Notes: generated by a model from the letters alone, not told the origin. Counted from the first letter of the stretch, positions 35,685 to 44,987 are shown. The stretch: DNA of 64,000 nt from a virus (IMGVR_UViG_3300045988_180880:192001-256000), one strand, 5' to 3'. Numbers and translations are program-made.

Positions 35685-36413
35685 ATGAAGACAGGAATTG
35701 AAACATTAATTTCAGAGGTTGGAAAAAGAATTACTAACAAAACCCAAGTAGAAGGAGGAATTATTTCTGGTTTAGGAATAAATAAAACTAATGGAAAAGA
35801 ATACGTTATTATAAGCGTTTGTGGATCATCGAACATGACGAAAGATCAACTTAATGATCTTTGCGATATTAAAATTATTACTGAAAAACTTATTACAGAG
35901 ACATTCGATTCTAATGGAATTCCAATGTTTTCTTATTGTACAATAGACGAATTCTTTAATTATTGGAATATCGTTAATGATGAAGAAATTAAAAGTTCGA
36001 TAAATTTAACTTTTAAAGAAGCAAAAGAATTATTTTCCTCAACAATATCTTGGGATATAAAAGAGAAGATCTTAAAAATTTATTCAAGAAGACAACTTGA
36101 AGGTCTTCCAGAAAAAATAGAATATCCAAAAGTACCACAAGATTATCCAGCTGAAAAATTTAGAGATAGTGCTAGAGCTTTTAAGGAACTAATTTGGTTA
36201 GTTAAAGAATATACCAAAGCATCAGCTCTTCAAGAACCTAACTGGAATGATTACTCACAAAATAAATTTGCTATTGTGAGATGTGGTGAAGCAGTAATGA
36301 TTTCGAAAGAAAAAACTTTCTTTCCAATAGCCTTTCTCTCTAAAGAAGTTGCTCAAGTATTCTTAGAAGATCATAAAGAGTTATTAGAAGAATATTATAT
36401 GATTGGAAAATGA
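35685..36413 (+). CDS. hypothetical protein
   Basis: ORF-track ORF with an upstream motif. Confidence 0.6.
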   Translation: MKTGIETLISEVGKRITNKTQVEGGIISGLGINKTNGKEYVIISVCGSSNMTKDQLNDLCDIKIITEKLITETFDSNGIPMFSYCTIDEFFNYWNIVNDEEIKSSINLTFKEAKELFSSTISWDIKEKILKIYSRRQLEGLPEKIEYPKVPQDYPAEKFRDSARAFKELIWLVKEYTKASALQEPNWNDYSQNKFAIVRCGEAVMISKEKTFFPIAFLSKEVAQVFLEDHKELLEEYYMIGK

Positions 36414-36625
36414 AAAAATTATTGATTATCCTAATTTTAATATTAGTTTCCAGTTGTGAAGTAGATCTAGAAGAGTATTCTGGATGGATTATTAAAGAAA
36501 AACGTCGAGAACCTTTAGGACTTAATTTTATTATTAGTGATCCAAACAATAATAAAAATTGGAAAATTTTAATAGTTCAAAATTATACATATAAAAAATA
36601 TAATATTGGAGATACAATAAAATGA
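36410..36625 (+). CDS. small lipoprotein
   Basis: MKKLLIILILILVSSC lipobox; ATGA overlap with the upstream gene. Confidence 0.55.
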   Translation: MKKLLIILILILVSSCEVDLEEYSGWIIKEKRREPLGLNFIISDPNNNKNWKILIVQNYTYKKYNIGDTIK

Positions 36626-37467
36626 AAGAATTAAAAACAGCTTCCCTCTCAGAAATTCCAGAGAGATTAGAAAAATCATTAACTCCGGAAAATGGGTATT
36701 CACGAAAAACAAAGAATATCCTAGTAAGATATGCTAGATGGTCGTTAACTTATAATAAGATAATGATGAAGTCTGATACTAAGTATATAAATTTTGAATA
36801 TAGTGTTGTTGGAGTTTATCCGTATATTTATCTTATCCCAATTATTAAAGTATATAAGTTAGATCGAATAATTGGAAATAACCTAGTTTATTCAGTTATC
36901 GATACTATAAAAGATCCGAAAGTTTGTTTTGATATCCCGGCTCTTATAGAATTAGGAGAAAAGCATGGAGTAGAGTTTAGACAATATCGTGGAAAAGGTC
37001 CAAATAAAAAACCCATGGCGAGAGTAATGCTAAGAAAATTCACGGATATAGAGAGCTCGTATTTTTACCTTGAAGATTACATTTCAACAGATGATATAAT
37101 AATTGAAACTTTCGATGGACTTAAGAGCTCAGAACAACGTGATATATTCTTAGAACTAGGAACGCCATGTTTTTGTATGACGTTAGATTCTGAAACAAAA
37201 GAATGGATTTTTTCTCTTAATCCTACTATTGGATCCTTTCCTGAAGATATAAATTTTCAAGGATATCCAGATGATTGGTCAAACGAGGGAATAATTCAGA
37301 GATATCAAGAATTTTCCGAAGATCTTCAGAAACCACGTCAAAAAGTAACTCCAGAATCGGTAGCTGAAGAAAAACGATTGGAGATGGAGAGAAGAAAAGA
37401 ACAGAAACGTACTAAAAATAGGAATAATGATAGATCTAAGAAAATATGCAATATTTCCGGAAAGTAA
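36622..37467 (+). CDS. hypothetical protein (basic C-terminus)
   Basis: ORF-track ORF; ATGA overlap with the upstream gene. Confidence 0.6.
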   Translation: MKELKTASLSEIPERLEKSLTPENGYSRKTKNILVRYARWSLTYNKIMMKSDTKYINFEYSVVGVYPYIYLIPIIKVYKLDRIIGNNLVYSVIDTIKDPKVCFDIPALIELGEKHGVEFRQYRGKGPNKKPMARVMLRKFTDIESSYFYLEDYISTDDIIIETFDGLKSSEQRDIFLELGTPCFCMTLDSETKEWIFSLNPTIGSFPEDINFQGYPDDWSNEGIIQRYQEFSEDLQKPRQKVTPESVAEEKRLEMERRKEQKRTKNRNNDRSKKICNISGK

Positions 37468-37609
37468 TAATTTTTTGGATAGTAGTACTCCAGGGTTAGA
37501 AGAATTAGAAAGATTTAATAAGATCATGGAAGAAACGCAGAAAAATTTGAATATAAAATCAGGATCAAGAAATGATATAATTTATGAAAAAGAAGCTGAC
37601 AAAAAATAA
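37427..37609 (+). CDS. hypothetical small protein (start uncertain)
   Basis: ORF-track ORF that overlaps both neighbours. Confidence 0.35.
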   Translation: MIDLRKYAIFPESNNFLDSSTPGLEELERFNKIMEETQKNLNIKSGSRNDIIYEKEADKK

Positions 37610-38123
37610 ATGGATAACTTCAAAAGGTGAGGAATTATCTTTAGAAGAAATGAACAGTTCTCATATATTAAATGCAATCAGAAAAATAAAATCTTCAACA
37701 GGATGGAGAGAAGATTGGCTTCCTATCTTAGAAGCAGAACTAACTAGAAGAAGTATGATAGCAAGAACAGATGATTATGAGAAAAAGATCATAACTGATG
37801 AGGAAAAAATGTATTTCTTATGTACTTCATGTGAATACCAAATGTTATCTGTTGAAGGTGGTAGTTTATCTGATATACTGAATATTACTATTAATGATCA
37901 AGTAAAAAGTTATATAAGAGATAATATTTTTTGTATACCTCTTGAACAATCTAAGGAAAATTTTATTTCGGAGATGGATAAATTAATAAGAAAAACTAGA
38001 AGTAATTCTAAAGAAGATGCTGAGAAATTTATGAGTTATTATGAAAAATATCTTCTAATTAATGTCTTTTCAAAAGAATGGAGTAATTTTATGAACTTAA
38101 TGTTAGGTCGTCATGGAAAGTAG
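37584..38123 (+). CDS. hypothetical protein
   Basis: ORF-track ORF; operon packing. Confidence 0.55.
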   Translation: MKKKLTKNKWITSKGEELSLEEMNSSHILNAIRKIKSSTGWREDWLPILEAELTRRSMIARTDDYEKKIITDEEKMYFLCTSCEYQMLSVEGGSLSDILNITINDQVKSYIRDNIFCIPLEQSKENFISEMDKLIRKTRSNSKEDAEKFMSYYEKYLLINVFSKEWSNFMNLMLGRHGK

Positions 38124-38349
38124 AATCAAAGAATCAATTATTAAACACTTAGAGTATCAAAAAAGTATTGCTAAAGATCCCGAAGGACCGTTTATATGTT
38201 GTCCTATGCCTGGTAAAAATTCATGGACCATTTCTGAAATAATAGAGGAAGTAAGAAAAGAGACAGAATTTGGAGAGGAATTTGCAGATGATGTTATAGG
38301 ATTAGCTATTGATATTTTATGTCGAAAGAATCAATCAATGAATGGATAA
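38113..38349 (+). CDS. hypothetical protein
   Basis: ORF-track ORF; operon packing. Confidence 0.5.
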   Translation: MESRIKESIIKHLEYQKSIAKDPEGPFICCPMPGKNSWTISEIIEEVRKETEFGEEFADDVIGLAIDILCRKNQSMNG

Positions 38350-38534
38350 ACTCTCAAGAACTAACAACCGAAGATCTTGATTTTATGTGGGATTTTTGTA
38401 TAGTTTTCGGTCATCCTGTAATATCTAAACTTGGAATGGCTTCTTGGAAAGATTTACGTCCAGACTTAATTAAACAAATTCCGAACGAATATGAGAAGAT
38501 GGTAGAAAAAGTAATATATAATAATAAGGAATAA
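38319..38534 (+). CDS. hypothetical protein
   Basis: ORF-track ORF; operon packing. Confidence 0.5.
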   Translation: MSKESINEWINSQELTTEDLDFMWDFCIVFGHPVISKLGMASWKDLRPDLIKQIPNEYEKMVEKVIYNNKE

Positions 38535-38992
38535 TGAAATTATTGAATTTAGAGGAATATTTAACTCCAGAAAGTATAAAAGTACATGATATTAATCAAT
38601 GGGATTCATTTTTATTTAACTTACTTGAAGAAGAAAATATATATCCACCTAAACTTACTGGACAATGGATAACAGATAAAAATAGATTTTATGAAAAGTT
38701 TGTATGTTTGAAAGAAGTAACTGAGAATACTTATTATCCTATGTATTGTAGACAATATAATCCAATTGAAATTACTATATATCATGAAAAGAATGGATTA
38801 TATGATTTTAAATGTATGTTAATAAGTATTGACGATACAGCTTTTGGGTTTGGATGGGAAAATTTAGAAAGACTTAGCATAGATAAATATGTTCTAGAAA
38901 TTATATCTTGGATTGATAAAGTAGATAAATTAGATCATGAAGAATTAATTAAATATGGACTTTCTTTAGGTGCAGAAGATTTAAGTTGGTAA
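38534..38992 (+). CDS. hypothetical protein
   Basis: ORF-track ORF; its ATG overlaps the upstream stop. Confidence 0.55.
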   Translation: MKLLNLEEYLTPESIKVHDINQWDSFLFNLLEEENIYPPKLTGQWITDKNRFYEKFVCLKEVTENTYYPMYCRQYNPIEITIYHEKNGLYDFKCMLISIDDTAFGFGWENLERLSIDKYVLEIISWIDKVDKLDHEELIKYGLSLGAEDLSW

Positions 38993-39004
38993 TTAAATAT
39001 AAAC

Positions 39005-39118
39005 ATGAATGATTTTAAAATAAAAGATATAGTAAAAGGATTAATGATTTGTACTTTTATTTCAGGGTTTTTAATAGGTATCTTATCAGTTTTAATTTTA
39101 ATTTATTCAACAATATGA
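39005..39118 (+). CDS. small membrane protein (37 aa, below track cutoff)
   Basis: ATG at 39005. Sequence MNDFKIKDIVKGLMICTFISGFLIGILSVLILIYSTI. ATGA overlap with the next gene. Confidence 0.4.
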   Translation: MNDFKIKDIVKGLMICTFISGFLIGILSVLILIYSTI

Positions 39119-39576
39119 AGAAAGAATTATATGATGAGTATGTAAAAGCTTGGGATATTTGGAAGAAAAGAACTGATGAATATTTTCAAAAAAGAGTTGA
39201 AATAATTAAAGATAAAACTCTCTCCGAAGAATCTCAATCAAAACTTTTAGACACATTAGCAGAGAATTTTGATAGAAAAGGTTTTACAGAAGAATATTTT
39301 GGACCTTGGACGGAAATAAGAGATGTTACTGATCTATTAAATCCTGACTTCATTTTACCAGGAATAGGCAAGAATTATTCAGAACTTCAAATAGCGAAAG
39401 ATGATGTTCCAGGAAATTGGGGTAAGATTGCTAGAGATTGTTATGATCCTAAAAGATATGGAAAAATAATTGGACTTGGATATGATTCCGGAGATTATTA
39501 TCTTATTATAGAAAACCCTGATACTGGAGAAGAATCAACAATCTTAATGAATACTAAGTATACTATTGATTCATAA
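39115..39576 (+). CDS. hypothetical protein (track ORF 39049..39576 trimmed to first ATG)
   Basis: In-frame ATG at 39115 (MKKELYDEY...). The upstream part of the track ORF starts at TTG and overlaps the small TM ORF. Confidence 0.55.
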   Translation: MKKELYDEYVKAWDIWKKRTDEYFQKRVEIIKDKTLSEESQSKLLDTLAENFDRKGFTEEYFGPWTEIRDVTDLLNPDFILPGIGKNYSELQIAKDDVPGNWGKIARDCYDPKRYGKIIGLGYDSGDYYLIIENPDTGEESTILMNTKYTIDS

Positions 39577-39584
39577 AAGAATAT

Positions 39585-39620
39585 AAGACTAGGATTTTAT
39601 TTTCCTAGTCTTATTTTTCT
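39585..39620 (+). terminator. hairpin terminator
   Basis: 10-bp perfect stem AAGACTAGGA (39585-39594) / TCCTAGTCTT (39603-39612), then ATTTTTCT. Confidence 0.6.
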
Positions 39621-39627
39621 CTTACCA

Positions 39628-39648
39628 TTAAACGTTCCTTTAAGTCAA
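39628..39648 (+). repeat. inverted repeat C (TTAAACGTTCCTTTAAGTCAA)
   Basis: Its reverse complement at 40315-40335 has one mismatch. An imperfect extension outward includes the flanking hairpins. Confidence 0.85.
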
Positions 39649-39963
39649 TATGCAAAAGCTGTTTATGTTAATCTCATTGTTACTTGGAGTGGAGATCCAA
39701 GTAGACCTTATGGAGCACACTTTACTTTAACTAGTAATGGTTTTGTACACGGTTTTCAAGAAATATCTAGTTCCGGTGTTCTTCCAGGAGATACAGAAAC
39801 TTTCTCAATACAAATAATAAATGATTATAATGTTTTTTCGTGGAGTTCTTCTGGTGTTTGGTATGCATATCACGATGATCTAAAACAAATACAATCTACA
39901 ATTAGTCCTAGTTCTGGAAATTTTAGCGCTAATAATGACATATACATAACTTTTAATACATAA
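39628..39963 (+). other. start-less coding cassette 2L (LNVPLSQ + ~104 aa)
   Basis: Frame is open from 39577 to TAA at 39961-39963, with no in-frame ATG. It is in frame with 39115..39576 across that gene's TAA. Confidence 0.5.
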
Positions 39964-39984
39964 AATTAAAGATAAAAATAATTT

Positions 39985-40335
39985 TTAATTGTTCTCTGGA
40001 AGTATTGGAAGACGAATATCTATATAAAAAACTTGTTCAGACTCTGAAAGAGTTATATTACTAGGAGTACATACTCCCAATTGACTATATAGACTTCCAG
40101 CCGAGTATAAAAATTCAAGATAATTTGATCCAAAAAATTCTGAATCTATTTTTTGAATTTTAGTATCCGTATATGCACTTCCCATTCCAGATCCTTTAAA
40201 TTCAAAAGAAGGTATTCCAACTTTTCTTAAAGTTAACATCCAATTAATTTGTCTTCCATTACTAGAAGAAGGTATATTTATTTTAAATGTCCAGTATTTA
40301 ATTCTTTCACCCTCTTGATTTAAAGGAACGTTTAA
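39985..40335 (-). other. start-less coding cassette 2R (LNVPLNQ + ~109 aa)
   Basis: The track ORF 39985..40239 extends upstream, without a stop, to the IR. An in-frame TAA lies 10 codons upstream of the IR. Confidence 0.5.
40315..40335 (-). repeat. inverted repeat D
   Basis: Reverse complement TTAAACGTTCCTTTAAATCAA; 20/21 match to repeat C. Confidence 0.85.
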
Positions 40336-40339
40336 AGTA

Positions 40340-40377
40340 AAAGAAAAATAAGAGATAGGATTTTATTTCCTATCTCT
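40340..40377 (-). terminator. hairpin terminator of 40370..40876
   Basis: 10-bp perfect stem AGAGATAGGA (40351-40360) / TCCTATCTCT (40368-40377). Loop and arms resemble the 39585 hairpin. Confidence 0.55.
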
Positions 40378-40876
40378 TTTTCACACTCTCCGAAATAACC
40401 TCTTCTAATTCACCTTCTGTAATATAATCCATTAAAGTTTCTTCGAATTCTACATTTATCCAAGCTTGCAACATAGCTGTATTTTCAAAATCTTCATAAC
40501 TCAGATTTCTTAACTTAACTATCTGATCTACGGCATGTCTTGTTTCGTGATAAAATGTAGTTTTGATATTCTTAACCAAACTTTTATAATCCTTTTTGGC
40601 AATAAAAGGTCTATTTCTTCTAGAGTCAATGTTTACTATTACTACTACTTGATCGAATCCTGTTGTTTTATTAATAATTCTATAAGTAGATGTTCCGGAT
40701 GTTGAACTTATTGTTTCTATAAGTTCTTCTGCTCTTGAATTTTTCTTTACCGGAATTTCCATTTTATGATTCTTTACAAACTTAGTAGTAAACCACCTCG
40801 TCATTTCTTTCTGTGTTCCAATTCCAAAATTAATTTCTACTCTATAAGAATCATGTTTTAATTTACTTATTTTCAT
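40370..40876 (-). CDS. hypothetical protein with HExxH motif
   Basis: FYHETRHAVDQ; otherwise no recognisable family. Confidence 0.55.
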   Translation of the reverse strand: MKISKLKHDSYRVEINFGIGTQKEMTRWFTTKFVKNHKMEIPVKKNSRAEELIETISSTSGTSTYRIINKTTGFDQVVVIVNIDSRRNRPFIAKKDYKSLVKNIKTTFYHETRHAVDQIVKLRNLSYEDFENTAMLQAWINVEFEETLMDYITEGELEEVISESVKKR

Positions 40877-40950
40877 ATTCTTAAAAATTTAAACTCCTTA
40901 AGCTTTTTATTATTGCTTAAGGAGTATTGTTTTACATTATTTATTTTCTC

Positions 40951-41367
40951 TCATGTATAAGGCTTTAAAGCTCTCTGAAAACGACTATACAAATAAATAT
41001 ATAGTTCATCAGCTAAATTAAATCTACTTAAGTCAGCTTCTATATTCTTTTGAATCTTAACTAAATAATAGATCAGATCAAGCCGAGTACGAGTTTCCTG
41101 AAGTTGAAATCTAAGTATATCTCTAAAAGTGAAGATACTTATATAATCGATCTTAATTCCATATAAATCTTTAAACTTATCAACAGTCATAGTTCCTCTT
41201 TTTATTCCAGAGTTATTAATAAAATCAACTACTTCTGGGATATAATAAGAAATTACAAAGTTTGATAAATTATCTATAGGAAGTTTCGAAGTAAATGCTA
41301 TAAATGTATGAAGAACTAAACCTCTTAGACTTATAGTATTATATATTACCTTATCTTCATAATCCAT
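40951..41367 (-). CDS. hypothetical protein
   Basis: ORF-track ORF, followed by a 10-bp hairpin (CTCCTTAAGC/GCTTAAGGAG, ~40886-40925). Confidence 0.55.
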   Translation of the reverse strand: MDYEDKVIYNTISLRGLVLHTFIAFTSKLPIDNLSNFVISYYIPEVVDFINNSGIKRGTMTVDKFKDLYGIKIDYISIFTFRDILRFQLQETRTRLDLIYYLVKIQKNIEADLSRFNLADELYIYLYSRFQRALKPYT

Positions 41368-41368
41368 C

Positions 41369-43270
41369 TTAACTTACTGTAGTATGTTTTGTTTTTATTA
41401 CTTTGGTTTTCACTATTTCATTCAAAAGTTTCGGCATTTCCTCTAAGTTATATCCGATATCTATATAAGTATCAAACATATCTTCAACACCGTAAACAGC
41501 ATCTATACTAATCTGAATTATTCCGAATCCAAGTTTTTCTGCTTCTTTTACTTTTGCGGCAGTATCTTTTATTGCTGGAATTCCTCCATATCCATTTGCA
41601 CAAGGGCTACCATCAGATATCACAAACATAATACAATTCTCTTTTGTGAACTTTCTAACTCTCTTTGCTACTTCTAGAATTGCATCTCCATCTCGATTTT
41701 GGGATTTTGCACAACTCTTAGATAATGAAAACTTAGGATTATAATGACTTCCTTCTCGATACACACTCAGATTTATATATCCGATCGAACCAATATCTGC
41801 AGTATGTCCATAAATATATAGATCAACTCCCAAACTTTTTCCGAAGGTTTCATTTAGAAGTATTGCAGCCTGTCTCGCTAGGATTTCCTTTTTTCCACCC
41901 ATAGATCCAGACTCATCAATAAGAACACATATAGTTGATTTATTGGTTCTAACATGTCCCTGTCTTAGGTAAACTTGTGGAACTCCTTGATATGCTTCTG
42001 CAAGTTTTGTCGTATCTAGAATTCCAGACCTACAACCTTGGATATTAAAATCATAGTTCTTATCTGTTCCTGTCAATATCTTTTTTAATCTAGGAACATA
42101 TTTTTGAACTGCTCTCACATCACATAAATAACTATTTCTATCCCCTTTTGGTTTTTCAAAGAATACCTTATCAGAATCACCACGTTCTACTGTTCCCTCT
42201 AAGATTTTCATTGTTAGGCTGTCCTTTAATGATAATAACCTAGATACTTTAGACTTATCTATCTTTCTTCCAGAATCTAAGTCAACTCCATACATTATAC
42301 TAGTTATAGATTCAGTATCATTAATTAAGAATAATATTTTTTTTAATTCCGCCGGATCTATATCAGATAATTTCTTCTCCTTAATTATCTTAAATATACT
42401 TTCAGAAACACTACAAATATCTTTAAGATTTTCTGGATATGGAGTTATCTTTTCTTGAACTTCTTTGTATACCTCAGAATACTCCTCAAGAATCTCCTCT
42501 TCTATTAATCCAGGAAATCTAAGTATCCCTATTAATGTTTTAAAGAAAAGAATCAACTTCCTCTCCCTCATCATATTAAGTCTTCCCTCTAGAGTCTTAG
42601 AATTATAACTTTTCGCACAATCAATAAAATCTTGAAATCCTGGTCGTTCTGTTAGTAATAAATCCTCAACTCTATTATCCTCAAGAAGATTTATGAAAAT
42701 TTTAATAATCTCTCCTTCTTCAGAAGTATATTTTCCACTTATAAAACTAAGAAAATTCAAATAAACTCTTAAGTAGGTATATCTTAAGTGTGCAGCCTCA
42801 TGAAGACCAAATCCACAGAAGGCATTTATTTTTGTTTCATTATCTTCGGTGGAGTCAAATATCTTAGAAGGGACTGCTATTCTTCTTTCGGAATTATCTC
42901 TTTTCTCTTCTGAAAAATAATCTGAATACGAACTACTTTCATCACTACTCTCATTTAAATTTACTTTAATCGGGAAAGGAAAATCCATTATAGTTATCAT
43001 ATCTTTTACAGAACTATAAGCCTTTTCAATTAACTTAGATAATTGTGCATCCTCTTCCTTTCCAACAGATGAATATGAATAATAACTTTCTCCATACCAA
43101 GAGCTTCTATTTATAGTTCTACTTAGCTCTCCAGAATTTCCGACAGATGATTTATAGGATTTTCTAAATATACTCCTACCCCATCTACCATCATCTTCGT
43201 CATCATAGTAATCATCATAATCCTTTCTTTTCCACCAAGGATAATATGAGGTTGAAAAATGTTTACTCAT
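41369..43270 (-). CDS. HExxH + vWA domain protein (CobT-like)
   Basis: GLHEAAHLRY in the N-terminal half; MIDAS-like VLIDESGSMGG and a vWA-like C-terminus. Adjacent to an AAA+ ATPase gene. Confidence 0.7.
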   Translation of the reverse strand: MSKHFSTSYYPWWKRKDYDDYYDDEDDGRWGRSIFRKSYKSSVGNSGELSRTINRSSWYGESYYSYSSVGKEEDAQLSKLIEKAYSSVKDMITIMDFPFPIKVNLNESSDESSSYSDYFSEEKRDNSERRIAVPSKIFDSTEDNETKINAFCGFGLHEAAHLRYTYLRVYLNFLSFISGKYTSEEGEIIKIFINLLEDNRVEDLLLTERPGFQDFIDCAKSYNSKTLEGRLNMMRERKLILFFKTLIGILRFPGLIEEEILEEYSEVYKEVQEKITPYPENLKDICSVSESIFKIIKEKKLSDIDPAELKKILFLINDTESITSIMYGVDLDSGRKIDKSKVSRLLSLKDSLTMKILEGTVERGDSDKVFFEKPKGDRNSYLCDVRAVQKYVPRLKKILTGTDKNYDFNIQGCRSGILDTTKLAEAYQGVPQVYLRQGHVRTNKSTICVLIDESGSMGGKKEILARQAAILLNETFGKSLGVDLYIYGHTADIGSIGYINLSVYREGSHYNPKFSLSKSCAKSQNRDGDAILEVAKRVRKFTKENCIMFVISDGSPCANGYGGIPAIKDTAAKVKEAEKLGFGIIQISIDAVYGVEDMFDTYIDIGYNLEEMPKLLNEIVKTKVIKTKHTTVS

Positions 43271-43276
43271 AGTCTA

Positions 43277-44431
43277 TTAATAAGATAATATTGTTTTATA
43301 TACTGTACTTCTTTCTCCTTCCAAATTAGTTCCTTCATAGATTGGAAGATATACCATTTCCATAGCACTTTTCACACTCCAACCATCTGATACTAACTCT
43401 GAGATCATTAGTGTTTCTCGAATTGATATAGAAGTTGAGATCTCCTGTTTCTTTGAGAGTGATCTAATATTATTCGCTATCTTCACAATTGATCTAGCTA
43501 CTTCTTCATCAATTCCCGTTCTATTAACCAAAACATTTACTTCTTCTGTATCTGGTATAATATTAAGTTCAAGAGGAAAAAATCGATTAAGAAGTGCTCG
43601 GTCTATCATATTAGTTCCAGTATATTCAGAACCTATATTAGCTGTTGCAATAAATGTTACCTCTGGATGAATTTTAATACTTCTAACTCCTTTCCCACAA
43701 GCTATTTCAACATTCAATTCCCGTCTATCATCTAAACAAGGAAACAATACATTATTAGCCCCAAGAGAAGAACGATTTAACTCATCTAAGAGAATTACAC
43801 ACGGTTCTTGAATTACTTTAGTGAACTTAGCATAATCAAATATACTTTTTCCATCTTCTAAGCGATGAACTCCAAGTAAATTTGAAATAGGATCAATCAT
43901 AGAACCCATATCAAACACATGAAGAGGTATACCCATTCTAGAACAAACTTCTTTTACACAACTTGTCTTTCCAGAACCTGTAGGCCCTATAATCATCGTA
44001 TTAACATGTTTTTTTATATTTCTCACTAAGATTCTCCAATTATCAGGGGTCATATAAAATCCATCCTTTGTAGAACTTGGAGAAATTAGTGATGCATCTT
44101 TAAGAATTGTTTCGAGAATCGTATCTTTCTTTAAGGGATCTACGAAATCAATTCCAGTCAGAGTTTTATATTCTTTTTTAGCTTCTTCATCTTTATATGT
44201 TAATCTTTGAAATCCCTTTTGTGTATAAAACTTTCCACCTGAAGAACTAAGATTAAGAAAAGTTGAGATAAATATAGTACCTTCTGAATAAACATCTCTT
44301 ATCTTCTTAGGGCATTGTACATAAAGACTTGTAGATACATTAGAACCATCCTTCAATTTTTGTCCAGGGAGTGCTTTTACTTTCAAATTTCCTTTAACTA
44401 ATACTGTCTCTAAAAAATAATACTTACTCAT
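43277..44431 (-). CDS. AAA+ ATPase (CobS/MoxR, AAA_5-like)
   Basis: Walker A GPTGSGKTS, Walker B ILLDELNRS, FIATANIG, LLNRF. Confidence 0.8.
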   Translation of the reverse strand: MSKYYFLETVLVKGNLKVKALPGQKLKDGSNVSTSLYVQCPKKIRDVYSEGTIFISTFLNLSSSGGKFYTQKGFQRLTYKDEEAKKEYKTLTGIDFVDPLKKDTILETILKDASLISPSSTKDGFYMTPDNWRILVRNIKKHVNTMIIGPTGSGKTSCVKEVCSRMGIPLHVFDMGSMIDPISNLLGVHRLEDGKSIFDYAKFTKVIQEPCVILLDELNRSSLGANNVLFPCLDDRRELNVEIACGKGVRSIKIHPEVTFIATANIGSEYTGTNMIDRALLNRFFPLELNIIPDTEEVNVLVNRTGIDEEVARSIVKIANNIRSLSKKQEISTSISIRETLMISELVSDGWSVKSAMEMVYLPIYEGTNLEGERSTVYKTILSY

Positions 44432-44502
44432 AATAATTTTTTCTTATAATAAATTAATATTTCTTTTATAATGAGATCAAGAACTACACAATAAAAATTC
44501 TT

Positions 44503-44517
44503 GATCATTAATAAGGA
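44503..44517 (-). promoter_or_regulatory. candidate promoter TCCTTATTAATGATC
   Basis: Motif family member on the minus strand. Immediately followed by a 9-bp hairpin (GATCAAGAA/TTCTTGATC, 44474-44506). Lies 72 nt before the ATG at 44431. Confidence 0.35.
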
Positions 44518-44987
44518 TTATAGGGTTCGAAATATTTTCTTGAGGACTAAGGAACCTGGATTGAACAAGAGAGTAATTGAAAAAACCTATAGGAAGTATA
44601 AATAGAAAATAAAAAGATAATATAGAATAAGAATTGAATAAAGAGATATTAGGATTTTTAAAGAAGGATTGAAAGGAGAGATAGTGGTTCTTAAAAAGTA
44701 TCTAGTCCTAGCTCTTCCGAGTGTGAACGAGGTAAAGAGCGTTATGGACGATATCTTTTTAAGGTTCACGATAAATATGAATATAATATTAGGTTTAAAT
44801 TTTAATCTATCGTGAACCTCCTATAAGAGACGGCTTTTACGCCTTTCCCTAACGGGAGGCGAAGCCTCTCACTATGTTCGCTCTTATAGAAGAACCACTA
44901 CAGAACTTTTTTAATAGATTAAATACTACTTTATGTTTGTATGTCATATTTCCTTTTAAAGTTCTGTTTTGCTCTTCTTATCCTTTC

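Noticed and set aside
39585-40377. The two similar hairpins flanking module 2 as independent terminators that are similar by chance
   Set aside because: The hairpins sit at identical 15-nt distances from the cores, and the spacers are themselves similar in inverted orientation. I therefore treat them as part of an extended imperfect inverted repeat (reported as a finding), while they still act as terminators for the flanking genes.
44520-44545. tRNA-like TGGGTTCGAAA box
   Set aside because: GGTTCGAAA resembles a T-loop, but no flanking T-stem, acceptor stem or D-arm can be drawn. I found no convincing tRNA anywhere in the window.
44587-44769. Track ORF 44587..44769 (-) in the long intergenic region
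   Set aside because: Its translation is low-complexity Phe/Leu/Tyr/Ile, produced by the complement of a purine-rich tract. It has no start context and overlaps hairpin elements.
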